A stretch of DNA of 64,000 bases from an uncultured Lentisphaerales bacterium (GTDB lineage: Bacteria > Verrucomicrobiota > Lentisphaeria > JABSQK01 > UBA12247). This document shows, piece after piece, positions 10,694 through 22,787 of the stretch. A model generated the notes under the pieces. The model worked only from the letters and a program-made list of their open reading frames with translations, was not told where the DNA came from and searched no databases. The translations under genes were made by a program, and so were the position numbers. Within the stretch, counting starts at the first letter, position 1, and every line of letters starts with the position of its first letter. Location of the stretch: NCBI GenBank assembly GCA_943788985.1, contig CALSSJ010000010.1, positions 32,001 through 96,000 on the forward strand, written 5' to 3'.

Positions 10694-11386
10694 ATGGCGC
10701 AGAAAATTCTGGTAGTCGAGGATGAATCGGCGATTGCCGACACCATTCAGTATGCCTTGGCCACCGAAGGGTTTGACGTGACCGTCGTCGGAACTGGCAG
10801 CGCCGCGCGCGAAGCGCTGGCTGCTGCGCAGTTTGAGTTAGCAGTGCTGGATGTCGGCCTGCCGGACTGCAATGGCTTCGACCTCTTTCGCGAACTCCGC
10901 AGATCCTCCGAACTGCCGGTGGTCTTCCTGACCGCACGAAGCGAGGAGGTCGACCGCATTGTCGGCCTGGAGATCGGTGCCGATGACTACATGGCGAAGC
11001 CGTTCAGCCCCCGCGAATTGACGGCCCGCGTCCGTGCGATCCTCCGCCGTTGCGCCAGCGCCAAGGATCCAGAGCCAGAAGTTGCGGAGTCCGCACCAGG
11101 CTTCTCGCACTGCGAGTCAGCGTGCGAAATTCGCTATCACGGTGAATTGCTGCGGCTGTCCCGCGGGGAGTATCGCCTACTGACTGCCATGCTGTCGCGA
11201 CCTGGCTGGGTCCTCTCGCGCGAGCAACTGCTCGACCTTGCCTGGGACGATCCCATGGCGAGCGAGCCGCGCACGGTCGATACGCACATCAAGACCATCC
11301 GCGCCAAGCTGCGCAAGATCACGCCAGACCAGTGCCCGATCATCACGCACCACAGCATGGGCTACTCGCTCAGTGTTGACCCATGA
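10694..11386 (+). CDS. creB: CreB-like OmpR-family response regulator
   Basis: ILVVEDESAIADT, LDVGLPD, TARSEEVDRIVGLEIGADDY, RTVDTHIKTIRAKLR. Confidence 0.88.
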   Translation: MAQKILVVEDESAIADTIQYALATEGFDVTVVGTGSAAREALAAAQFELAVLDVGLPDCNGFDLFRELRRSSELPVVFLTARSEEVDRIVGLEIGADDYMAKPFSPRELTARVRAILRRCASAKDPEPEVAESAPGFSHCESACEIRYHGELLRLSRGEYRLLTAMLSRPGWVLSREQLLDLAWDDPMASEPRTVDTHIKTIRAKLRKITPDQCPIITHHSMGYSLSVDP

Positions 11387-11751
11387 ATAGCAAGGCCAGC
11401 CGCCAATGGTGAGTTTACTAGTTAAACTGCCCTCTTGACACGATACTGTTTCCAGCGATGGTTCCGGATGCCTTTTGCTCATTGAGGAGCAGTCTCGGAA
11501 AATTAGCATAGTGGCCAGAACACACGCCGCGTCACACTTCTCTTGCCACTGCAGACACATGATGCATTGAATCTGCAGCGTTCTATCGTGAGGTAGAGGC
11601 CTTCGGGCTCACTCGAATTTGTATCTAAGCGACGCTGAAAGCAGTGACAGGGTTGAGCTCGACAATTTGGATGCTTACGATGGACTGGTAGCTACGCACT
11701 GAGGCGTATGGGACAGCCCTGGGTTCAGCTCAGTAAAGGATTGGGCAATAG

Positions 11752-12078
11752 ATGAAAGCTGAAGCCATCTCTGCGAAGGACAGAGTACTCCAAGTCATAT
11801 TCGGTTCCATGCTGCTTGGCCTTCTGCTGGCTTTCGGGATCGTTTGCACGGCTCTATTGCTTCCAAGCATCCACCGGCTGTCGGCAGGGTCAGCGCTGTG
11901 GCGCTCATTTCATGTGGTTGTCGCAGCAGCGCTCGGGTTCTTCGTCTCACTGATTCTTGCTGGCTTCCTGGCGTTCATTATAGTGAGCGGGCGTACCGTT
12001 GGCTATGATCGCGAGCCTACAACCGGATTGCGATTAACGGGCGGTGGGTACCTATCGTATGAGATTCCCGGCGAATGA
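11752..12078 (+). CDS. Hypothetical two-TM membrane protein
   Basis: Two hydrophobic stretches; AAGGA upstream. Confidence 0.5.
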   Translation: MKAEAISAKDRVLQVIFGSMLLGLLLAFGIVCTALLLPSIHRLSAGSALWRSFHVVVAAALGFFVSLILAGFLAFIIVSGRTVGYDREPTTGLRLTGGGYLSYEIPGE

Positions 12079-12110
12079 GTGGGCAGAGAGAGTAGGGACT
12101 GGTCGAGTGC

Positions 12111-12399
12111 CTACGCACCATCGTCAGGTCGGCCGCTATGCGCCCGGTCTGCCCAGTAGACGGGCTTACGTTGTTGATGGGCGACGCGATAGAGACCAGC
12201 GTAGGGGGAAGCGAGTGAGCTGATGGTGTCGATTATCACAGAAGGTGACTGGCCATGCGAAAGAAAATTGGTCAATATGCCCGTAGGCTGTGACCAGTTC
12301 GAGAATGATCTCTCGGCCGAAGCCGGGCTCGACGTTGCTGTAGTAGTCTTCCGCGGCCGAAATCTCTTCGGCAGCCTCGTGAAGCAAGATGCGCTTCAC
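12111..12399 (-). pseudogene. RelE/ParE toxin, frameshifted
   Basis: HEAAEEISAAEDYY..GFG; removing one base from the G5 run at 12204-12208 gives RFPY..YRVAHQQRKPVYWADR. Confidence 0.7.
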
Positions 12400-12593
12400 G
12401 AATCGTAAGCAGATAGACGCGCACGCAGGAACTCGTCAGCGTCAATAAACTTAGCTTCGCCGCGATTGAGTTTGTCCAGACGGCGTTCGATTTCAGCCTT
12501 CCATTCAACGCTCAACTCTTGGGACTGGTGGCCTGGAAATGTGACATGCACTTCCGCGCGGCAGGACGGCAGATTCTGGTCGAGAAACAGCAA
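12396..12593 (-). pseudogene. Addiction-module antitoxin (TIGR02574-like), N-terminus degraded
   Basis: EWKAEIERRLDKLNRGEAKFIDADE is typical; overlaps the ParE start. Confidence 0.65.
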
Positions 12594-12816
12594 GTGACCG
12601 TGGTCGTAAATGGCCCGGTTTCCATGCGTATTTTTTCATGTCGCGTTCCGCCTGATACAGGTCGATACACCGGGACAGAACCAGCTGTCGGCTCCCACGG
12701 CTGGTTGTGTCCCTGACGCCTACGACGTGACTGCAGCCGGACATCCCGACTCACGTTTTGGAGCCTTTCCGAGTGGCAGCACGAGGATCAGAAGTAGCTG
12801 GCAAGTAGCACGGGGC

Positions 12817-13223
12817 CTACTGGGAATCATAGACCGGCGATGAAGGGACCGTTGCGCTCGCTCCTGACGCCAGCAGCAAGCTCACCCAGACGGCTTGGCC
12901 GCCTAGCTGCACTTCCGCCCAGAGAGCGCGCCTGTTGTTGCGCGTGATGTAGAACGGACGCCGGCCTGCCAGGTCAAAATTTATCAGAGGCGTCAGGGCA
13001 GATTTGCTGAGGATTGCCGTCGCGCCGACGACCAGAAACAGGGCAAATCCGATGTTGTAGCATTCCCCAAAGACCCAGGTATAGATGCCAAGGGCCTGGG
13101 CGATTGCCTCGACTTGTTTAATGCGAATGTGCGCGATCTCGATGACCACTTCCTGCAAGACCAGAATGTCGGGATCGTAGGGCTTGAGGGTCTCGATTAC
13201 GGCCTCGAGATTCTCGCGAACTT
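12817..13223 (-). pseudogene. Endonuclease/exonuclease/phosphatase-family internal fragment
   Basis: NLEAVIETLKPYDPDILVLQEV..AILSK..RRALWAEV; no proper start and no C-terminal motifs. Confidence 0.65.
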
Positions 13224-13353
13224 GCTGGCTTTGCGGGATGCCACGGCCACGGCTCCGCAAATGGACCTTGACCGCAATGGGGTGATCGATCGGCGAGACG
13301 TGGTCCTGCTGCTGTTCTACCTGCGCGGCCGGCTCAGCCCGGTTCCGCTGTAG
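13224..13353 (+). pseudogene. Dockerin/EF-hand-like C-terminal fragment
   Basis: MDLDRNGVIDRRDVVLLLFYLRG matches the dockerin Ca-loop pattern; no upstream gene body. Confidence 0.5.
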
Positions 13354-13363
13354 GCCAGCGTCC

Positions 13364-14623
13364 TTACTCCAAGTCGGGCGACACGGAGTCCCAGCGGTGC
13401 GCAAGCATTGCCGAGAACTGGTGTGCCTGCGGCTGTGGGCCATGCGCGAAGAAGGTTGAGCCGATCACGTCAAAGGACAGCGCGTTGAGCTGTTCATCGT
13501 GCCGCTCGTGGTACATGCGCAGCGTCGCCGCGACGCGATAGCGCCCCAACGGCAGCGGCAGCGAGGGGATATCGCAACGAAGCTTCCCACGCTGGCCCAG
13601 TGCGACTCGTGGGCCGCAGAAGGCAGTGCCCAGGCGAGTGATGGGCACACCTCGGTCGTTAAAAATCATGAGGTCCGCCTCGCAGCTCTCGGTGCCCTCA
13701 GGATTCTCATAGCCCAGCAGAAACGCTACCGCCTGGCCCGCAAAGGCTTCAGCGATGATGTCTCCTGCTTCGCTCACCATCTCCAGGGAAGAAATGTGCA
13801 GGCCGGTGCCGCTGAACGTCTGAGCCTTTGGATCTTCCGCCAGTGAGCTCTGATAGGCCGCGATCACGTCCTCAGTCGGGCCATCGGCGATCATTTCACC
13901 GTACTGCAGGAGAATCGAGCGTGGGCATAGTTGCCGCACGCTGGCCAGGTTGTGGCTGACGAACAGGATGGTCCGCTCTTGCTGTGCAATCTGATTCATC
14001 TTGCCGATGCACTTGCGTTGAAATGCCGCGTCTCCCACAGCTAGAATCTCGTCAATGATCAGGATCTCCGGATCCAGATGCGCGGCTACGGCAAAGCCCA
14101 ACCGCACAGACATCCCGCTAGAGTAGCGCTTGATCGGCGTGTCAATAAAGGTCTCGAACTCAGAGAAGCTGACGATATCATCGAACTTTCGCGAGATTTC
14201 ACGGCGAGACATGCCCAACACGGCGCCATTCAGATAGATGTTTTCACGGCCGGTCAGCTCGGGATGGAAGCCGGTTCCCACCTCTAGAAGGCTGGCCACG
14301 CGTCCCCGGATTCGGGCGCGCCCACGGGTGGGGGGGGTGATTCTCGACAGGACTTTGAGCAGAGTACTCTTGCCAGCTCCGTTGTGGCCGACGATACCAA
14401 GGACCTCGCCTCGCTTTACGTGAAACGTGAGGTCCCGGACCGCCCAAATCTGATCGGCGTCTCCCTCCCTAAATCGCCCCAGCCGGCGCAGGTTGTGGAA
14501 GTTACGCAGGGGGGCTGTGGCCAGCTGGGCGATGCGCCCGCCCAACGTCTCAGGGTGGCGGGAGGCCTGACCGATTCGGTAACACTTGCCGAGGCCTTCT
14601 ACGTCTATGATGGGTTCGCTCAT
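13364..14623 (-). CDS. wzt: Polysaccharide ABC exporter ATP-binding subunit (Wzt/TagH) with Wzt_C domain
   Basis: GHNGAGKST, LLEVGTGFHPELTGREN, YSSGM, IIDEILAVGD. Confidence 0.93.
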   Translation of the reverse strand: MSEPIIDVEGLGKCYRIGQASRHPETLGGRIAQLATAPLRNFHNLRRLGRFREGDADQIWAVRDLTFHVKRGEVLGIVGHNGAGKSTLLKVLSRITPPTRGRARIRGRVASLLEVGTGFHPELTGRENIYLNGAVLGMSRREISRKFDDIVSFSEFETFIDTPIKRYSSGMSVRLGFAVAAHLDPEILIIDEILAVGDAAFQRKCIGKMNQIAQQERTILFVSHNLASVRQLCPRSILLQYGEMIADGPTEDVIAAYQSSLAEDPKAQTFSGTGLHISSLEMVSEAGDIIAEAFAGQAVAFLLGYENPEGTESCEADLMIFNDRGVPITRLGTAFCGPRVALGQRGKLRCDIPSLPLPLGRYRVAATLRMYHERHDEQLNALSFDVIGSTFFAHGPQPQAHQFSAMLAHRWDSVSPDLE

Positions 14624-14688
14624 GGAGCTACCTTGGCAAGCGGCTCGCGCTTGTCAACCGGCCCCAGCCGGAGCTAGGGGTGAGCCTC

Positions 14689-15252
14689 TCATGGAATGGG
14701 ACTGGGGAACGCCATGACCTGATGACGCCCGGCGAAAGTCACGGAGTTAGCGAAGTCATGGATGTCGTCCGGCGTGACTTGGTCATCCAGTCCTGCTCCT
14801 TCTGAGAGCACGCACGCGTTTACGACCTCCTCTGCGGCGTGGCTCTCCACGGTGGTACGGCTTGGGACGGGGACACGCGGTGCTGTGTCAAGATCCTCAT
14901 GCTCAGGCTCTTCCTGACGGAGCGCGTATTCTCGGTAGTAGCCGACGGCAAGGCCCAGCGAGACGACCAAAGTGAGCATGCTGCGTTGGGTGTAGTAGAC
15001 CGGTACCCAACATTCCAGAAGGCCATGGGCGATCACCAGCCCATGAGCAAGTGCATCGTAGCGATCGACGAGGTATCGCTCACGTTTGGCCATGCACGAC
15101 AGCGCCCCCATACCAGTTGCCCAGACCGCTCCGAGCAGAAAGATGCCTTCTTGGGCATCCTGCAGCCCCTTGATGCGAATGAGTATGGAAGTCAGCTCAA
15201 AAAGAGCTGCGTATACAACGAGTTTGACAATGCTGAAGGACCAACGACGCAT
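14689..15252 (-). CDS. Hypothetical multi-TM protein
   Basis: About four hydrophobic segments followed by an acidic tail. Confidence 0.5.
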   Translation of the reverse strand: MRRWSFSIVKLVVYAALFELTSILIRIKGLQDAQEGIFLLGAVWATGMGALSCMAKRERYLVDRYDALAHGLVIAHGLLECWVPVYYTQRSMLTLVVSLGLAVGYYREYALRQEEPEHEDLDTAPRVPVPSRTTVESHAAEEVVNACVLSEGAGLDDQVTPDDIHDFANSVTFAGRHQVMAFPSPIP

Positions 15253-15393
15253 GCTACATCCCCAATTCCAATGACTACTGCTACTTCAGCATGATTGGAT
15301 CGGTGCTCCTGTACGAGAGCTGTCCTCTAAAATATTTGTGCGGCCAAGCCAGGGCCGATTTTGAAGGCCGTATTGGCTACTTAAACCAGGCAC

Positions 15394-15428
15394 AAAAAAG
15401 CCCGGCCGCGCGAGCGCGACCGGGCCTT
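15394..15428 (-). terminator. Rho-independent terminator of groEL
   Basis: GC hairpin gcccggccgcgc/gcgcgaccgggc followed by a T-run on the minus strand. Confidence 0.8.
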
Positions 15429-15444
15429 CAGGCAACGGGGGGAA

Positions 15445-17127
<1,683 letters not shown>

Positions 17128-17415
17128 TTACTTGACCACGGCGAGGATGTCGCCGGCGTTCAAGATTTTGTACTCACTGTCGTCAATCTTGACGTCAGTT
17201 CCGCCGTATTTGCTGGTCAGCACGATGTCGTCAACTGCGACTTCAAACGCAATCAGCTTGCCGTCATCGTCTTTCTTGCCGGTGCCTAGAGCAACGACGC
17301 GAGCTTCCTGCGGCTTTTCCTTGGCGGTGTCGGGAATGACAATGCCACCCTTGAGTTCTTCGTCGGCCTCAATGGCTTCGACCAGTACGCGGTCGCCCAG
17401 CGGTTGGATGTTCAT
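17128..17415 (-). CDS. groS: Co-chaperonin GroES
   Basis: [25 protein letters not shown]. Confidence 0.98.
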   Translation of the reverse strand: MNIQPLGDRVLVEAIEADEELKGGIVIPDTAKEKPQEARVVALGTGKKDDDGKLIAFEVAVDDIVLTSKYGGTDVKIDDSEYKILNAGDILAVVK

Positions 17416-17452
17416 GCTACTTCTCCCTTGTTGGGTTGTTGTGGTTTGGTGA

Positions 17453-19417
<1,965 letters not shown>

Positions 19418-19479
19418 GATTCTCTCTCCAGCTAAACGCAAATAAATCGTGACACAGTGTAAGTTACACCGGAATCAAT

Positions 19480-19495
19480 AGCAAGGTGCGTGCCA
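19480..19495 (-). promoter_or_regulatory. Sigma-54 (-24/-12) promoter of dnaK-groES-groEL
   Basis: Minus strand reads TGGCAC-GCACC-TTGCT, an exact consensus about 63 nt upstream of dnaK. Confidence 0.8.
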
Positions 19496-19540
19496 TCACT
19501 TCTGTGTAGAGCTGCAACTGCTTGCAAATCAGATGGATAC

Positions 19541-19580
19541 AAAAAAGAAAGGCCCGCACTCATGACAAGTACGGGCCTTC
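19541..19580 (-). terminator. Rho-independent terminator after the sigma factor gene
   Basis: aaggcccgcact...agtacgggcctt hairpin plus T-run on the minus strand. Confidence 0.7.
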
Positions 19581-19600
19581 CGTGCGGGAGGCTGGGTCAG

Positions 19601-19619
19601 CGTGTCACAGTGTGACACG
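19601..19619. promoter_or_regulatory. Perfect palindrome, candidate enhancer for a sigma-54 activator
   Basis: CGTGTCACA-G-TGTGACACG about 110 bp upstream of the -24 box. Confidence 0.5.
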
Positions 19620-19638
19620 CACTAAAAGGCGGTGTGTC

Positions 19639-20478
19639 TCAGTTCATCGTGCTCATCGGCATGTCTTCCCTATGGAGCTGGCCCCTGAGTTTGGAGAGAG
19701 CGCGCTTCTGAATCTGACGGACGCGCTCCCGGGTGCGACCGATGGTCTGGCTGACTTCTTCGAGCGTCTTCGGCGGGCTGCCGTCCAGCCCATACCGCAT
19801 CAGGAGAATCTTTCGTTCGCGTTCGTCCAGGTTCTGGATCAGCAGATTCAGGCGATCAGTCATCTGCGAATCACCCAGAATCTCGTCCGGCGTCAAGGCG
19901 CGTTCGTCAGGAATTAGATCCTTTAGCCAGCCATCTTCATTGCGGGTGATCGGGTCCTGGAGGGATACCGAACGCAGCTCGACGTGGCTCAGTCTTTTGA
20001 CCACGCGCTCGCTGAAATCCACCTTCTCGGCGATCTCGGCAGCAGTGGGATCCCGATCCAGCTCGTCGCGAAGCTTCGCTCGAACGGTCCGAATCTTGTG
20101 GACCTTACCAGCCGAGGTGACTGGAATCCGAATGCACTTACTCTTCTCAAGCAAGGCGCGACGCATTGCCTGCTTGATCCACCAGGCGGCATAGCTACTG
20201 AACTTGGCGCCCTTCCGCGGATCAAACTTCTCGGCTGCGCGCATCAAGCCCACGTTTCCTTCGGAGACGAGATCTTGTATTGGGAGTCCAGGACCACGGA
20301 AATCATGGGCGATCTTTACGACCAATCGCAGGTTCGCACTGATCAGGTCGGCCCAAGCATCACGATCCCCGGAAGCGATGAGTTTTGCGAGTCTCGCCTC
20401 TTCCTGAATGTCAATCAGCGGTATCGCGCCGATATTCCTCATGTAACATGCCATACTGTCGATGCGTTCTGCTATCAT
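19639..20478 (-). CDS. RNA polymerase sigma-70 factor, RpoD/RpoH-type lacking region 1.1
   Basis: ANLRLVVKIA, DLVSEGNVGLMRAAEKFDP, FSSYAAWWIKQ, TRERVRQIQ. Confidence 0.93.
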   Translation of the reverse strand: MIAERIDSMACYMRNIGAIPLIDIQEEARLAKLIASGDRDAWADLISANLRLVVKIAHDFRGPGLPIQDLVSEGNVGLMRAAEKFDPRKGAKFSSYAAWWIKQAMRRALLEKSKCIRIPVTSAGKVHKIRTVRAKLRDELDRDPTAAEIAEKVDFSERVVKRLSHVELRSVSLQDPITRNEDGWLKDLIPDERALTPDEILGDSQMTDRLNLLIQNLDERERKILLMRYGLDGSPPKTLEEVSQTIGRTRERVRQIQKRALSKLRGQLHREDMPMSTMN

Positions 20479-20676
20479 CGTTACCCTCACACCGTGAACT
20501 CCGTGGTCGCTCCAACTGTGAGATAGGATGCAAGGAATGAGGGTCTGGTCGCAGCCTTCTGCAAAAAAAGTCGCCGGGTCTGCTGCGGGACCGGATTCAC
20601 GCAAGCGAGCGTGCCGCCTCGTACGGGACAACGTATAGTGCGGCTTTCGCCTGCGGAGAAGGAACTGGGAACGACT

Positions 20677-21156
20677 GTGCACTGTAGACTAATCGGTTTG
20701 TGTCTTGTGGTCCTGGCGTGTGGTTGCGAACAGCGCAAACCTGCCGCGCTTGACGTACCCACACCGCGTGCTGACCAGCGCACCCAGCCGCCCGATCCTC
20801 CGCCCGTAGAGCGCCCCAAGCCGCGCCTTTCGCTGAACGCTCAGCGGATTGAGAATTTCATTGTCCACGCCCACCAGATTGGCTATTTGCAGCCGGGAAA
20901 GATGGCCAGCTTTGAACTGGAGCTATTCGACCAAAAAACCTGGCCGGTGTCACCGGTGGCTTGGGTCGGGAGAGAAACGACCGACAAGCGCTGGCGTCGG
21001 CCAAGTCGCAACGACACTGGCCGCGTACGTCTTTTTAAGATCCCCGTCCCCAGCCCGATTCCCGCGGACAGCAGGCTCTGGGTGATGTTTCCAGATGAAG
21101 ACGCCACCGAGGACGCGCCCGCGGCGAGTGCCTCGTTCAAACTTCGCAGGGAATAG
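20677..21156 (+). CDS. Hypothetical lipoprotein
   Basis: LVVLACGC lipobox and Pro-rich linker; abuts the HDAC gene. Confidence 0.6.
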   Translation: MHCRLIGLCLVVLACGCEQRKPAALDVPTPRADQRTQPPDPPPVERPKPRLSLNAQRIENFIVHAHQIGYLQPGKMASFELELFDQKTWPVSPVAWVGRETTDKRWRRPSRNDTGRVRLFKIPVPSPIPADSRLWVMFPDEDATEDAPAASASFKLRRE

Positions 21157-21157
21157 C

Positions 21158-22108
21158 ATGGGCCAGACTAGAGTCCTGACAGATCCTGCCTGCTGCCTGC
21201 ATGACACCGGCACCGGGCACCCCGAGCGGGCCGCTCGAATTGAGGCGGTGACCGCAGCCATTGAGGCAGCCGGCTTGCGACTGGAGAGCCCCACCAACCT
21301 GCTGGGAATTCCGATGGTGGAATGGTTTCTTGCTGTTCATGAGGAGCAACTCGTAGAGCAAGTACGCCTGCCGGTGCCAGCTGGCACCCTGCATCATCTC
21401 GACCCCGATACACCGCTCTGCCCCGAGACCTGGAACGTGGTCGAGCGCGCGGGCCGTTGCGTCTTGCGGGCCGTCGATCTGGTCCTCACCGGCGATGCCG
21501 CCAACGCCTTCTGCGCCGTGCGTCCCCCTGGCCATCACGCAGAATCCGACCGGGCCATGGGCTTCTGCCCGCTCAACCTGATCGCCACTGCAGCCCGTTA
21601 TGCCCAGCGAGCCCACGGTGTAAAGAAGGTCGCCATTCTCGACTTCGATGTCCATCACGGGAACGGGACCCAGCAGATCTTCTATGACGACCCGACCGTC
21701 CTCTACATCAGCTCGCACCAGCATCCGTTCTATCCGGGAACCGGGAGCCGCGCCGAGAAGGGCAGCGGCGCGGGCATCGGGTTTACCGTGAACTTTCCAG
21801 TAGCGGCTGGCTCTGGAGACCAGGAATTACTCGCAGTATACACAGAGCAAGCAAAGAGCCACCTCGACCGCTTCTGCCCAGACTTAATTTTGCTCTCTGC
21901 TGGTTTCGATGCCCATATAGACGACCCACTCGCCTATCTCACGGTCAGTGACGCTGGGTTTGCTGCGCTCAGCCGCGTGCTTGTGGGCTTTGCCCGCGAC
22001 TATTGTGACGGCAAGCTAGTCTCTGTCCTTGAGGGCGGATACAACGTAGATGCCCTGTCACGAAATGTCGTCGACCACATCCGCGCACTGCAAGAGGGAG
22101 CATCGTGA
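21158..22108 (+). CDS. Histone deacetylase-family amidohydrolase
   Basis: HPE, RPPGHHA, GFC, DFDVHHGNGTQ, SAGFDAH, LEGGY. Confidence 0.95.
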   Translation: MGQTRVLTDPACCLHDTGTGHPERAARIEAVTAAIEAAGLRLESPTNLLGIPMVEWFLAVHEEQLVEQVRLPVPAGTLHHLDPDTPLCPETWNVVERAGRCVLRAVDLVLTGDAANAFCAVRPPGHHAESDRAMGFCPLNLIATAARYAQRAHGVKKVAILDFDVHHGNGTQQIFYDDPTVLYISSHQHPFYPGTGSRAEKGSGAGIGFTVNFPVAAGSGDQELLAVYTEQAKSHLDRFCPDLILLSAGFDAHIDDPLAYLTVSDAGFAALSRVLVGFARDYCDGKLVSVLEGGYNVDALSRNVVDHIRALQEGAS

Positions 22109-22782
22109 CCACGCTACTTGGTCGTTCCTGCCCGCTAATTGCTGGGGTTGTTTCAACCCCCGAGGCATTGGCCGCGCTCGACGTGGAGTCCGCCGCGGCC
22201 TGCGACTTAATCGAGCTTCGCTTTGATCAACTGGCAATGCCCCTTGCAGCCTTTCGCGCAGAGTGCGCGCGCGTCCGCACGCTGGTCCCTATCCTGCTAA
22301 CCCACCGCTGGTCTGCGGAAGGCGGTGGGGCAGACGATGACCAGGCCCGCTGGGCCGTCTATGAGGCATTGGTGCAGGACGTCGACGCATTCGATATTGA
22401 GTTGGCGAGCAGCCTCGCGGCCAGAGTAAGCGCCTTGGCGGTTGCCAATGGCGTGACCCTAATTCTCAGCTTTCATGATTTCCAAGGCCTGCCCGAAATT
22501 TGCGAACTCCGCAAAAAGATCGCCCGCATGCGCGAGTTAGGCGCAGTCCCCAAGCTGGCCGTGACCGTCGAAACCGACGAGCAAGTTCGCGAACTCGAGG
22601 CCCTTTTGCGCGACTGCGGCTCAGAGCCAACCTGCGTGATCGGGATGGGCACCGCCGGCCAGCAGACGCGCTTTGGCTTTCCCCGCCTGGGTTCCTGCCT
22701 GACCTACGGCTACATCGACCGACCGAGTGCCCCCGGCCAGCCAAGCTGTTGCGAACTCCGCAACGCCCTTAAGCCCGGCTGA
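22105..22782 (+). CDS. aroD: Type I 3-dehydroquinate dehydratase
   Basis: IELRFD, EGG, SFHDF, PKLA, IGMG..G..TR, APGQ. Confidence 0.9.
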   Translation: MTTLLGRSCPLIAGVVSTPEALAALDVESAAACDLIELRFDQLAMPLAAFRAECARVRTLVPILLTHRWSAEGGGADDDQARWAVYEALVQDVDAFDIELASSLAARVSALAVANGVTLILSFHDFQGLPEICELRKKIARMRELGAVPKLAVTVETDEQVRELEALLRDCGSEPTCVIGMGTAGQQTRFGFPRLGSCLTYGYIDRPSAPGQPSCCELRNALKPG

Positions 22783-22787
22783 ACTCC

